From an uncultured Nitrospinota bacterium (GTDB lineage: Bacteria > Tectomicrobia > Entotheonellia > J063 > CAVPRW01), in assembly GCA_963707985.1 (NCBI GenBank), contig CAVPRW010000005.1:64001-128000 (forward strand): 64,000 nt of DNA, given 5' to 3'. The position numbers were made by a program, and so were the translations under genes. This document shows positions 1-11,974 of the stretch, in pieces. The notes beneath the pieces are model-generated. The model was not told the DNA's origin and did no database searches. It saw nothing but the letters and a program-made list of their open reading frames with translations. The number at the start of each line of letters is the position of its first letter. The stretch's first letter is position 1.

Positions 1-239
1 CGCCCGCGGGCAAGCACCAGCATACCGTCTCTAGGGTCGAAGCGCAGATACCGCCGCTGCATTTTAAACACCACGGCGCGAATTTGACTGTGCTCATCTT
101 TGAGCGTCAGGTAGGAATGTCCCGAGGCAGGGCGTCCGCAGGTTGGAGATTTCACCCTCAACCCAGATGTCGAAGAAAGGTGTCCTCAAGGACGATTTTG
201 ATCCGTTCGCTCAGCTCACTGACGGTGAGGATGGTACGT

Positions 240-1159
240 TCAAGAAACGGGAAGGCTGCCTGCTCCATGACGAGCACCTATGAGTCGAGTGACACGCTGG
301 CTGGCGCTCGGTACATGGCCACCAGCGCAGGCTAACCGCCTGGCAGGCGTCATTGGTCCTATCCCACCAGGCACCGGAATGAGCAGTGCCACCGCCTGGG
401 GTAAGCCCTCTGGCTGGTGCGGCAGCCATCCGTCCGGGCGGATCACGGGCATCCACCACGATGACCCCAGGCTTTAGGGGGACACCATCCATGGCGGGCA
501 GATCGTCGGTATCGATGATAAGCACGTCACCGTGTAGAGCATGTTGATCGGCCAGGTGGTGGCAGCTCTCCAGGCCGATACGGTGGCATTCTCGTGCAAG
601 CAGAGCCACGCCAGGATGCCTGCAAACCCAGAGGCATTCCCGATGCAGATGACACGAGTCCCCTCGAGGGACATGCCGGCCCGCTTGAGCAGCTGGATCG
701 ATGTCTGCCCCACGCGGCTGGCGCCATATCCGCTTATTGGTCAGGAAGCGCCCGAGATGCAGCGGTTGCATCCCATCGACATCCTTGCCCGGGGCCAAGG
801 CTGCGGCAAGCTCGCTGAAGCGTGTCGAGAGACGGGCGTGAATGGCAATGCCCGTGATGGTCGGATCAGCATTCAGATCAGCCAGGGTCTGAAGGATGGT
901 TTGGGAATCACAGAGCTGGGGAAAGACATGCACTTGATGAGAAGACGCCAGTGATGCGACAGGCCTCCGCTTGGAGCACGTGAAGGCGCGCGTCGGGCGG
1001 CCATTCTCCCACCCGAATCTCCGCCAGGGTCGGCGGGGGGCGCCCCTCGTATCTGAGACGAATAACCTCCCGGCGGACCTTCTCCAACAGCTCCTGCGGC
1101 GACATTGCCTCCGTCCCACACACGTCCCACTGCAACCCCTTCCTAGGTTTCAGGCTCAC
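240..1159 (-). pseudogene. folD: Divergent FolD-like methylenetetrahydrofolate dehydrogenase/cyclohydrolase, split by several frameshifts
   Basis: Pieces in successive frames: PPTLAEIRVG, LNADPTITGI...KDVDGMQP, LEGTRVICIG, LKPGVIVVD, IPVPGGIGPMT match the FolD motif order; breaks may be sequencing errors. Confidence 0.7.
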
Positions 1160-1411
1160 TCGTACCGCGCTTAGACATTGATAGAAGAAGGAATTCCGCC
1201 CTATGCTAGCGTTTCTAGCGTTAGCCTGTCAAGGTGATGACGGTGCAGGGGAGGGTCACCCTGTAGCGCCACCGCCTCTCTGTCGATTCCCTCTCCCGGC
1301 GGGCGCCAGGAGGAAGCCACTGTGGTGTGTATCCCGTGGTAGGCATACCAGTCCACGCGAGAGAGTCGGCAGCGGTCAAGATTGACGTCAAGGCGACTGG
1401 GCAAACGAAGC

Positions 1412-2621
1412 TCATGGGCGCTGACGCATCGTGGATGGCGTCGTGGTCGTTTGGCGGACCGTTCCCCTGCTGTGCTGACGCAAGCGGGCGACGATCGGCG
1501 GCAATAGGTGCTAAGACAGTATCCACCTCCGCCAGTGTATTGCCAGTGCCGAGACTAAACCTGACCGCACCTTGAAGCCACTCGTCAGCAAGGCCCATGG
1601 CGATGAGCACGTGCGACGGTTCAAGGCTCCCTGAGCTACAGGCAGACCCGGTGGAGGTCGCGATCCCTTTGAGGTCCAGGGCCACGACCAGGGATTGGCC
1701 GTCTACCCCTTTGAAGCTCAGGTTGGTCGTGGTCGGCAGACGTGGTGCCGTTGCACCATTCGACTATCACGTCGGGGATCGTGGCTTGAATCCCTTGCTC
1801 GAGACGGTCGCGCAACGTCGCAACGCTGGGCATCTCATCGGACATGTGTGTGGCTGCAAGCTGAGCCGCAATCCCAAGCCCGACGATAGCGGCGACATGC
1901 TCTGTCCCACCTCTGAGGCCACGCTCCTGTGGGCCACCGGTCATGATGGGGTCAAGGGCAATCCCCCGCCGCACATAGAGCGCTCCAATCCCTTTGGGGC
2001 CATGCAATCTTGTGGCCCGAGAGGGCCAGGAGATCGACACCAAGGTCATCGACCAGTGTCGGGATCTTGCCTACGCTCTGCACCGCATCGGTATGGACCA
2101 GGATCCCCCGGGTACGCGCCAGTGCCGCACACGTCCGAATGGATTGAATGGTGCCTACTTCGTTGTTGGCGTGCATCAGTGTCACGAGTCGCGTGTCGTC
2201 GGTGAGCACATGGGCGAGATCATCGGTATCGATCGTGCCTGCTGATCCCGGCGGTAAGCCTGGTGACACGAAATCCCCGGGCTTCCAGGGCTCGACAACT
2301 TGCAAGCACGGCAGGATGCTCGATCTGTGAGGTCACCACGTGCCCGCCTTGACGTTGTCGCGCCAGGACGCTACCCAGAATGGCGAGGTTATCCGCTTCT
2401 GTCCCGCCGCTCGTGAAGATAATCTCCTCCCCCCGGGCACCGATGAGCTGTGCCACCCGCTCTCGGGCCTCTTCAACCGCGTCGCGGGCTTGTAAACCTT
2501 CCGTATGCAGGCTGGATGGATTACCAAAGACATCGGTGAGAAAGGGGCGCATGGCTTGCCAAACTGTGGGGTGCAGCGGCGTAGTCGCATTGTGATCGAA
2601 ATAGATGAACCGTTCACCCAT
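1412..2621 (-). CDS. Cysteine desulfurase (IscS/NifS group I), frameshifted; 3' end approximate
   Basis: [36 protein letters not shown] (PLP Lys), [23 protein letters not shown] spread over ORFs 2220-2705, 1952-2305, 1636-2049, 1221-1685. Confidence 0.85.
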
Positions 2622-3000
2622 GCGCTGCCTCGTAGTGTTCAAGTGCCTCCTTGAGGGCCTCTTCCGCCAGCGAGGCGGCGTGGAGCTTGACTTTGGGTAA
2701 TCCACCCAGGGCAGTAGTGATCATCTCGGGGGTAATGTCCTGCACGTCAGTGAGGGCTTTGCCCTGAATCATCTCTGTCAGCAATGAACTGGCGGCAATC
2801 GCGGCTTCACAGCCAAAGGTTTTGAAGCGCACCTGAGCGATGCGGCCGTCACTGATTTTCAGCATGAGTTGCAGCATATCACCGCAAACCGGATTGCTCA
2901 CTGAGGCCTGTGCATTGGCATCTGCCAACTCGCCAACATTGCGAGGATTCTGAAAATGATCGATCACAATCGTACTGTAGCCACTTCCCATCGTCGCCAT
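2614..3000 (-). CDS. iscU: IscU/NifU-N Fe-S scaffold protein
   Basis: DHFQNPRNVG, NPVCGD, FKTFGC; third Cys position reads KLHAAS. Confidence 0.9.
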   Translation of the reverse strand: MATMGSGYSTIVIDHFQNPRNVGELADANAQASVSNPVCGDMLQLMLKISDGRIAQVRFKTFGCEAAIAASSLLTEMIQGKALTDVQDITPEMITTALGGLPKVKLHAASLAEEALKEALEHYEAAHG

Positions 3001-3131
3001 GAGTCGTCCTCATACCCTCGAAGAATGACGGCTGACACGACAGCGCTAGGGCAGGAACCACAGATGCATGCAGGTACATGTCGATCATCTGTGTCGCTCC
3101 CCGTCTATCTGCAGTGACCTGCTGGCCCCTT

Positions 3132-4294
3132 TCAAGCCAATGGCGACAGCAGGCGCAAGCGCTCGACTGTCGAGGGTAATACGTCGAGCACGCGCTCGAT
3201 GTCTGCGTCGGTGGTCGTCCAGCCCAAACTGAAGCGCACTGAGCCCTCGCTCACCTCCCGCGCGACCCCCATGACCTCCAGGACCTGGGACGGCACGCCT
3301 TGCCGTGAGCTACACGAGGCTCCAGTGGAAACCGCTATCCCCAGCAAATCTAAATTAAACACGAGCGCTTCACCTTTGACCCCAGCAAAGCTGAGATTCG
3401 CGGTATTTGGCAGCCGCTCACCGCCCTCCCCGAGCTGGTGTACGGCGCCAATCCGGCTCAGCACTCCGGCTTCCAGCTGATCACGTCAGCGCGTGAGTCG
3501 CGTGTCTTCGTCGCCCAGGCGCTGGGATATCAGGGCACAGGCTCGTTCCGAGCGCGATGATGCTTGGGACATCCTCGGTACCGGCTCGTCGTTCCCGCTC
3601 TTGATGCCCACCGTATACGACCGGCTGCATGGTTGCCCCCAAGTGCTCACGAATATAGAGCGCGCCGACGCCTTTAGGCCCTCCAAATTTATGTCCCGCC
3701 AGTGATAAGAGGTCGATCCCCGCCGCCATGACATCGACCGGTACACGGCCCACCGCCTGTACGGCATCGACATGCACCGCCACCCCATGGGCATGGGCGA
3801 CATCCACCAGCGCTGTCGACCGGCTGCAGGGTCCCCACTTCGTGATTGCCATAGGTCAGCGTGAACAGGATCGTGTGCGGGCGAATGCTGCGGGCCAGCA
3901 CATCAGGATGCACTCGCCCGAGGCTATCCACGGGCAAATATGTGAGATCAAATCCGCACTGCTCCAGCGCTCGACACGTATCTAACACAGCGGGTGCTCA
4001 ACCCCGTGGTGATGATGTGGTGGCCACGCGCACGGTTGCCGTGAGCATAGCCACGGATCGCGAGGTTGACAGCTTCGGTGCCGCCACTGGTGAAGACGAG
4101 GTCGAGAGGGTTCGGAGCACCAATCAGTCGGGCCACCTGCTCACGGGCGTCCTCGACGGCCATACGTGCCTCACGACCCTGCCGATGGATGCTGGAGGCG
4201 TTCCCCCACACCGACGTGTAGTAGGGAATGGCCGCCTCAAACGCCTCGGGAGGAGTGGCGCCGTAGCATTGTAGTCGAGGTAGACGCGTCGCAT
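3132..4294 (-). CDS. Cysteine desulfurase (IscS/NifS group I), frameshifted
   Basis: [53 protein letters not shown] across several frames. Confidence 0.85.
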
Positions 4295-4319
4295 TAGGCA
4301 CCCATGGTCCGTGCGTCGG

Positions 4320-5525
4320 TCATCGGCCTGACCTGGAGGCGATCCCACGCGCCAGCATCTCATATTGCGGCGACAACTCGCGCAAGCGCTTCACCCGGCT
4401 TACCAAGGTCTGGACGGTAAAATCCACCTCTGCCTCCGTGGTCCAGCGCCCCAGACCGAATCGGATTGAGGCATGCACTAATGCATCGTCAAGCCCCATG
4501 GCCCTTAGCACGTAGGAGGGCTCAAGCGTCGTCGAGGTGCAGGCCGAGCCCGAGGAGCAGGCGACCTCCGTCATACCCATGATCAGCGCCTCTGCCTCGA
4601 CACCCGCAAAACTGAGGTTGATGTTGTTTGGCAGACGCTGCGTCGGATGGCCATTTGGATACGTATGGTCTAACCCCTGCATGACGCCGGCGACGAAACG
4701 CTCCCGCAGTCGGGTTAGGCGCTCCCCCTCTTCGGGCCAGGCGTGCATGCCGATTTCACAAGCCTTGCCGAGGCCAACGATGCCGGGGACGTTCAGGGTA
4801 CCTGAACGAAGTCCGCGCTCATGGCCACCACCATCTAACAGCGGTATCATCTTGATGCGGCGCGGGCGGGTCTTGCGCACATACAACGCCCCGACTCCCT
4901 TTGGGCCATACATTTTATGCGCCGAAATCGACAACAGGTCGAGCTGCAGATCGTCAACATTGCACGCGATCTTGCCCACTGTTTGCACCGCATCACTATG
5001 GAAAAAGACACCGCGCGCCTTGACGATGGCGCCAATCTCCGCCACCGGTTGCACGGTACCGACCTCGTTATTAGCGTGCATGATGCTGACCAGGATCGTT
5101 TGCTTGGTGATCGCCTGCCGCACCGTCTCAGGATCTACCAAGCCGTCACGGTCCACCGGTAGATAGGTAATCGTAAACCCTTCTTGTTCCAGGGTGTGGC
5201 AGGAATCGAGGATGGCGCGATGTTCCGTCTGTTGGGTGACGATATGGCGGCCCTGCCCGCTGTAGGCACGTGCAATACCCTTGATCGCCAGGTTGTCAGA
5301 CTCCGTGGCCCCGCTGGTGAAGAAAATCTCCTCCGGCTGTGCCCCGATCAACGTCGCAACTTGATCACGGGCTCGGTCCACTGCCTCTTCCGCCGCCCAC
5401 CCCCAGGCGTGGCCACGACTGGAGGGATCGCCGAATTGATCGGTCAAATACGGCATCATGGCCTCTAGCACCTCGCGATCGATGGGCGTGGTGGTCTGAT
5501 GATCCATATAGATGGGCTGTTTCAT
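4320..5525 (-). CDS. iscS: Cysteine desulfurase IscS
   Basis: Intact 401 aa; FTSGATESDN, SAHKMYGPKG, RSGTLN, SSGSAC, LRELSP C-terminus. Confidence 0.95.
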   Translation of the reverse strand: MKQPIYMDHQTTTPIDREVLEAMMPYLTDQFGDPSSRGHAWGWAAEEAVDRARDQVATLIGAQPEEIFFTSGATESDNLAIKGIARAYSGQGRHIVTQQTEHRAILDSCHTLEQEGFTITYLPVDRDGLVDPETVRQAITKQTILVSIMHANNEVGTVQPVAEIGAIVKARGVFFHSDAVQTVGKIACNVDDLQLDLLSISAHKMYGPKGVGALYVRKTRPRRIKMIPLLDGGGHERGLRSGTLNVPGIVGLGKACEIGMHAWPEEGERLTRLRERFVAGVMQGLDHTYPNGHPTQRLPNNINLSFAGVEAEALIMGMTEVACSSGSACTSTTLEPSYVLRAMGLDDALVHASIRFGLGRWTTEAEVDFTVQTLVSRVKRLRELSPQYEMLARGIASRSGR

Positions 5526-5531
5526 CCCACG

Positions 5532-6239
5532 TTATTCCTCCGGCTGCTGTGCCGGTGCGGACCAGGGTTGACGTATTTCATGTCGTGTGCGGCGCACCTC
5601 TTGGCGGAGTTGGTGGAGCTCGCGCTCCAGCTCGCGGACTTTGTCAGCTAAATAATTGATGGCCTTGGCCTCGGGATCCGGCAGGTCGTGATGATCCAGG
5701 TCGATGGTCTCGACATCTTTCCCTGCACTGCGTTGCACCACGCGCCCGGGGATGCCCACCACGGTCGAGTGCGGCGGCACCTCGGTCACCACCACTGACC
5801 CTGCACCGATCTTGCTGTGGTCGCCGATGGTAATCGCCCCGAGGATCTTGGCACCGGCGCCGACCACGATGTTCTGCCCCAACGTCGGGTGACGCTTTTC
5901 CTTCTTCAAACTGGTGCCGCCGAGCGTCACGCCCTGATACAAGGTACAATTAGCGCCGACCTCAGTAGTTTCCCCGATCACGACTCCCATGCCGTGATCG
6001 ATGAACAGCCCTGGCCCAATCTGCGCTCCAGGATGGATCTCGATGCCGGTGGCGAAGCGCCCCACATGGGAGATAAAGCGTCCAAGGGTGAGCCATCGAC
6101 GACTCCACAACCAATGCGCTGTGCGATGGAAGAACAGGGCGTGCACCCCAGGGTAGCACCATAACACCTCGATGACACTCCGAGCGGCTGGATCACGCTC
6201 AAACACCACCCGGATATCGTGCTTCAACGTGTCGAACAT
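5532..6239 (-). CDS. cysE: Serine O-acetyltransferase
   Basis: [42 protein letters not shown]. Confidence 0.95.
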   Translation of the reverse strand: MFDTLKHDIRVVFERDPAARSVIEVLWCYPGVHALFFHRTAHWLWSRRWLTLGRFISHVGRFATGIEIHPGAQIGPGLFIDHGMGVVIGETTEVGANCTLYQGVTLGGTSLKKEKRHPTLGQNIVVGAGAKILGAITIGDHSKIGAGSVVVTEVPPHSTVVGIPGRVVQRSAGKDVETIDLDHHDLPDPEAKAINYLADKVRELERELHQLRQEVRRTRHEIRQPWSAPAQQPEE

Positions 6240-6251
6240 GTCTGTGTTCCC

Positions 6252-6980
6252 CTACCCGTCGGCCGCAAGCTGCTCCGCGAAACTGCGTGGAAAACCGCAT
6301 CCCTGGCCAAGAATACGCTGAATCACCTGGCGTTCGACTAACGATTGCACCGTCAGACTGACGTCCTGCACCGTACCCATCGCCACCCATTCCTGGACTT
6401 TGACGTGGGGAATTTGCATGGCAAAGTCGTTGAATGTGCCCTCCAGGCGGCGACGCAGTTGTTGCTGGCCCTCCCGGCCGACGAGTCCGAGCTCACGCAA
6501 CTTCTGCGTCGGTTCGGTACTCGCTCCCCCAGCCTGCGCGCTCGCAAAACAAGCTCGCACCTGGTAATCGATCACGGCCTTGTGCAGAGTCAACATTGCG
6601 GCTCCCGCATGCTCCATGATCAAGACACTGGGGCCGCCCAGGACGCGCTCAAAATCATCCCACCGCCATTGTAGGACAGCCTCCAGCGGGCTTCCCTGGG
6701 CTAGATGGCAGAGGATATCGCCAGCAACTTGCATCCACGGATCACACATATGACATTGCCAGCGGATCTGCTCTATGTGAGCGTCTTCGACCCAAATAGA
6801 CATATGGATGACATCGCTGCTGCGTCCCGGGCATGCCATGACGAAGCCCGTACCGTTGACGCGCGTAGGCTTACCCATGAGGCCGCCTACTGCCCAGATC
6901 TTCTGGTAATACCGGATGGCGTGGCGATCGGCCGAGATTCCTCCTTCGCCGCGCATGTCCGGCTCACGTTCGCCCGCCAT
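6252..6980 (-). CDS. Divergent IscU-like protein with C-terminal ACP-like domain
   Basis: N-part follows the IscU pattern (GTGFVMAC..SDVIHMSI..IEQIRWQCHMC..LHKAVIDY); C-part has an ACP-like pattern (LRELG..LEGTF..QIP..TVQDV); start chosen at ATG 6980. Confidence 0.55.
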   Translation of the reverse strand: MAGEREPDMRGEGGISADRHAIRYYQKIWAVGGLMGKPTRVNGTGFVMACPGRSSDVIHMSIWVEDAHIEQIRWQCHMCDPWMQVAGDILCHLAQGSPLEAVLQWRWDDFERVLGGPSVLIMEHAGAAMLTLHKAVIDYQVRACFASAQAGGASTEPTQKLRELGLVGREGQQQLRRRLEGTFNDFAMQIPHVKVQEWVAMGTVQDVSLTVQSLVERQVIQRILGQGCGFPRSFAEQLAADG

Positions 6981-7054
6981 AATGCCCTCGGCTTCTACAC
7001 CCTGGCCCTCTCGGAAAGAATAGGATGAGCGAGGGAGGTGGTCGCATGTCACCC

Positions 7055-8395
7055 TCAACGACGCGTGTCGAGGTATGGGGCACAGAGATCCAGAAACGTG
7101 CGACACTCTTCGAGTGTATTATACAGATAAAATGACAATCGGATACGTGCGGCGTTCCGGGGGAAACAGTAGGGGTGCACGCAGAAGTCTCCGGTGCGGA
7201 ACATGATATTCCCTTCGCTGCAGCGGTCAAGGATGTCTTCTTCCAGCCTCCAGGGATCCTCGCCTGATCGTGCCGGAACTTCGAAGGTGCAAATCGATGC
7301 CCGTCGCTGCACATCCCTCGGCCCCAAAATCGTGATCGTACCCGCCATATGAGCGTCCCACAGAGCCTCCGTGACCAACCGATTGAGCTCGACCTGATGC
7401 TGATGGATGAGGTGAATTTTATCCTGGAGGTAGTCCACAGCTGCCCCAGCGCCGATAATACCAGACCAGTTCTGTAGGCCGGCCTCATAACGCGCTGGCG
7501 AGTCGGCATAGATCGGTACTTGGTCATCGAAGGTGCGGGTCACCGTCCCTCCGCCCGAAGGGAAAAATCCTTCCGTCAAGCACGTGGGGTCTTTCATGTA
7601 ACAAACCCCCACACCGGTCGGCCCCAGCATCTTATGGATGGAGAAGGCCATAAAATCGACGTCCAGCGCTTGCACATCGACGGGGATATGGGGCACGCTC
7701 TGTGCCGCATCGAGCATGACGTAAATGAGCGGATCATGATTGTGACAGTAGGTCGTGATCTGTTTCAGGGCCGCCTCTGGGATGGTATAGCCATCCAGGT
7801 TATAGATGTGGGCTAGGCTCACGAGCTTAACGGGCCCGACATGGCGGTCGATCTCATCCAGCTCGTGCAGAAAGGCCTCGACGTCGAACTCGGCGTCTGG
7901 GGCATCGGAGCCACCTCGTTTGATCACTTTCGGGAGAATGCCGCGCGTTTTCGCCAGATCCCACCAGACGGTGCGATTCGAGTTGTGCTCCCGGTCGCCG
8001 GTAACGACCACCTCCCCTTCTTCCCAGAAGAGGCCGCGCGCCACCAGGTTGATGGCCTCAGTGGTGTTCTTGACAAACACCACATGCTTTGGCCACTCCA
8101 GATCCCCCGGGTCATACGCCGCGCGCTGGTGTGCTCCTGGGGTATTGATGAAGCGGGCGATGGCGAGGCGCGCCTGGTGCACTTTTACCTTCACCTCGTT
8201 GGCCCATGCATACCGTGAACGCCCAACACAGGACGGATATTGTTCATAATATTCCGTCACGGCGGCGATCACCTGCCGTGGGGGGATGGTACCCGCAGCG
8301 TTGTCAAAGTATATCGGCAGGCGCCCATTGGCCCCTGGGCGCTGCAACGCTGGGAAATCGTCACGAAGGCGCTTCACATCAAGCCCCTGACCCAT
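7055..8395 (-). CDS. SufS/CsdA-like (group II) cysteine desulfurase
   Basis: IYFDNAAGT, KNTTEAIN, EHNSN, LDAAQSVPH, FSIHKMLGPTG, RTGDFC, RLSFYLYNT. Confidence 0.85.
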   Translation of the reverse strand: MGQGLDVKRLRDDFPALQRPGANGRLPIYFDNAAGTIPPRQVIAAVTEYYEQYPSCVGRSRYAWANEVKVKVHQARLAIARFINTPGAHQRAAYDPGDLEWPKHVVFVKNTTEAINLVARGLFWEEGEVVVTGDREHNSNRTVWWDLAKTRGILPKVIKRGGSDAPDAEFDVEAFLHELDEIDRHVGPVKLVSLAHIYNLDGYTIPEAALKQITTYCHNHDPLIYVMLDAAQSVPHIPVDVQALDVDFMAFSIHKMLGPTGVGVCYMKDPTCLTEGFFPSGGGTVTRTFDDQVPIYADSPARYEAGLQNWSGIIGAGAAVDYLQDKIHLIHQHQVELNRLVTEALWDAHMAGTITILGPRDVQRRASICTFEVPARSGEDPWRLEEDILDRCSEGNIMFRTGDFCVHPYCFPRNAARIRLSFYLYNTLEECRTFLDLCAPYLDTRR

Positions 8396-8688
8396 GGACC
8401 ATCCCTCCTGCCAGATCACGCTGGAACTCTCCCGCCGCTCATGACTGCCATCACAGTGGTATACTGCTGCTGCGGCCGGAGACTTAGGCACGCTGGCGAC
8501 CCACACAGACGACTGCCTTTGGCGGCAATTTGGTTGTGCTTCGCAAACAACCAGTAACGCGCCAATATATCGACCTTGCTTCCACCAGTGCAAGGGAAAG
8601 TTGTTGCACGCTAATCTTGCCATCTCGAAGGCTATGTGATATCAAAAGAGGCGAAGATTTACCAACGCAATAGATCGGAACTAGCCCC

Positions 8689-9864
8689 ATGGATCACCGC
8701 TTGTTTCTTCGCCAACAGATCACGACTGCAGCCACGGCATTAGGGTTCGACCTGATCGGCATCACCTCTGCCGCACCCCTCGCCCATGGAGGACATCTGC
8801 GCGCCTGGGTGGCGCAAGGTTTTGCCGGCGAGATGGGCTATATGAGCCGTAACGTTGAGAAACGCCTGGAGCCCTCTCGCGTGTTGCCTGACGTGCGTTC
8901 GATCATTGTTCTCGGCATGAATTATTATACCTCACCTGCCGGGCCGGAGGCATCACCGGGTCGCGGCTGGATTTCACGATATGCCTGGGGACAGGATTAT
9001 CACACGGTGCTCGGTGACAAATTGCAAGCCTTGGTCGCCTGCATCAGGGCGATCGAGGGACCTGACATGCAGGCACGCTGGTATGTTGATACTGGCCCCA
9101 TCCTTGAGCGTGAGCTGGCGTGGCGGGCTGGTCTGGGGTGGCCCGGCAAAAACACCAACCTGATCAACCGGCAGGTGGGCTCCTGGCTATTTCTGGGCGC
9201 TATATTACTGAATCGTGAGCTCATCTACGATACCCCAGCCACAGCCCATTGCGGCACCTGCACGCGATGCCTGATCGCATGTCCCACCAGAGCATTGGTG
9301 GCGCCTGGGGTACTCGACGCGCGGCGCTGTATCTCCTATCTGACGATCGAGCTGCGCGGCTCTATCCCTCGCGAGCTCAGGCCCTTGCTGGGAACACACA
9401 TCTTCGGGTGTGATATCTGTCAGGCGGTGTGCCCCTGGAATCGCCAGGCTCCGGAGTCATCTGAACCAGCATTTCTGCCGCGCGCAGGTTTCGCCGCTCC
9501 GGAGCTCATCTCATTGCTTTCCCTCTCGGACGAGCAGTTTCGTGCTCGGTTCCACGGCAGTCCCATCACTCGCGCCAAACGGCGAGGGTTGTTGCGCAAT
9601 GTCGCCGTGGCCCTGGGGAATCTGCGCGATCGGCGGGCATTACCAGCCCTGGAAGCGGCACTGTATGAGGCTGAGCCGCTCATCCGTAGCCATGCCGCCT
9701 GGGCCCTGGGACGCCTTGGCGGTGGTGAGGCGCGACAAGCATTGCAGGCAGCGCTCGGCACAGAACACGATGGAGATGTGCAAGAAGAAATAACCTTGGC
9801 GCTGAAGGAGCTTACGGAGGAAGTTGAGGTGTCAGGTGTGGCAGGCGTTGCGCGGCATCGGTAG
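8689..9864 (+). CDS. queG: Epoxyqueuosine reductase
   Basis: ISRYAWGQDYH, VDTGPILER, CGTCTRC..CP, RCISYLTIE, GCDICQAVCPWN, HEAT-like tail. Confidence 0.95.
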   Translation: MDHRLFLRQQITTAATALGFDLIGITSAAPLAHGGHLRAWVAQGFAGEMGYMSRNVEKRLEPSRVLPDVRSIIVLGMNYYTSPAGPEASPGRGWISRYAWGQDYHTVLGDKLQALVACIRAIEGPDMQARWYVDTGPILERELAWRAGLGWPGKNTNLINRQVGSWLFLGAILLNRELIYDTPATAHCGTCTRCLIACPTRALVAPGVLDARRCISYLTIELRGSIPRELRPLLGTHIFGCDICQAVCPWNRQAPESSEPAFLPRAGFAAPELISLLSLSDEQFRARFHGSPITRAKRRGLLRNVAVALGNLRDRRALPALEAALYEAEPLIRSHAAWALGRLGGGEARQALQAALGTEHDGDVQEEITLALKELTEEVEVSGVAGVARHR

Positions 9865-10588
9865 CCATCTGGTTGCCGTCATCTTACCTCAGCACTGCTA
9901 TCATTGTGGACGGCCCATCGCCTCCGCACGGCATGGAGCGTTCTGCGACAGCTGTTGGCGCTTGATCCGTCTGATCACACCACCATACTGTCCCTGTTGC
10001 GGGGAACCATTCCGTTCGCCAATCGCTTTGACGCACAGTCCAGCGTATCGCTGTGGAGCCTGTCGCGCTGCCCCACCTCCGTTCGATCATGCCCGTGCCG
10101 TTGGGCGGTACGAAGGCCCATTGCGGCAAGCGATTCATCAGCTCAAATACCGCGGCAAGTTGCACCTCACGCAGCCATTGCTTGACCTCGCCATCGCGCA
10201 CTTTGACGAGCACTTTCCTGGAACGGTGTTTGACGCGATCATCCCGGTCCCTCTGCATCGAGAGCGGCTCATGCAACGGGAGTTCAATCAGGCGACGCTG
10301 TTCGCCAGGGGGCTGGCACATCATCTGCGCGCCCCGGTCTTGGAGCGGTTGCTGGTTCGCGTCCGCCCCACGCGACCCCAGGTGGAGCTGAGCAGCAGCG
10401 AGCGTCGCCAGAACGTCAAGCACGCGTTTGCCGTGACGCCTGTCGCGGCGCTTGAGGACAAGCGGGTGCTGGTCGTGGATGACGTACTCACCACTGGTGC
10501 GACACTTGGAGAGATCGCCAGGACACTCAAGGTCGCGGGTGCGATGCAGGTGGATGTGTTTGCCCTTGCCCGTGTGGTGCGAGACTGA
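9824..10588 (+). CDS. comF: ComF family protein (zinc ribbon + PRTase domain)
   Basis: CxxC pairs, PVPLH..R.FNQ, VLVVDDVLTTGAT. Confidence 0.9.
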   Translation: MRCQVWQALRGIGSHLVAVILPQHCYHCGRPIASARHGAFCDSCWRLIRLITPPYCPCCGEPFRSPIALTHSPAYRCGACRAAPPPFDHARAVGRYEGPLRQAIHQLKYRGKLHLTQPLLDLAIAHFDEHFPGTVFDAIIPVPLHRERLMQREFNQATLFARGLAHHLRAPVLERLLVRVRPTRPQVELSSSERRQNVKHAFAVTPVAALEDKRVLVVDDVLTTGATLGEIARTLKVAGAMQVDVFALARVVRD

Positions 10589-10660
10589 TGGTGTACCATC
10601 ACCAGGACCATAGCTGTGAGATCTCGGTCAGCCGTCAGGCCTTGCCCAGCCGGGGTCTAG

Positions 10661-10688
10661 TTGACTATTCTGCAAAAATGGATATACT
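10661..10688 (+). promoter_or_regulatory. Putative sigma70 promoter for the gap operon
   Basis: TTGACT-16 bp-TATACT upstream of gap. Confidence 0.35.
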
Positions 10689-10912
10689 TGACCGACCATT
10701 CGATAGTTGGGGTATGCTGGGCACTATATTCATGATCAGTAGCGTTGCACGCCACCGTTTTGACAAGTATGGCCAAATATTTCGAAACGCTGCAGCGTTC
10801 GAATCGTTGCTGTACCGTCCTGGTTGACGTCTGGCTCTGCTGCCCGATGTCTGGTCTTCTCAGTGTTCCGGGAGGCCAAGGGTGAGGCAGCTTTAGGGGG
10901 AAGGCAGGCTAA

Positions 10913-11950
<1,038 letters not shown>

Positions 11951-11974
11951 ACCGCATCCCTCCCCACAAAGGAT

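Noticed and set aside
200..4300. Dense frameshifts in folD and two desulfurases as real pseudogenisation or programmed recoding
   Set aside because: Single-base indels cluster near the window ends and desulfurase motifs are otherwise intact; sequencing or assembly error is more likely, but this cannot be settled without reads.
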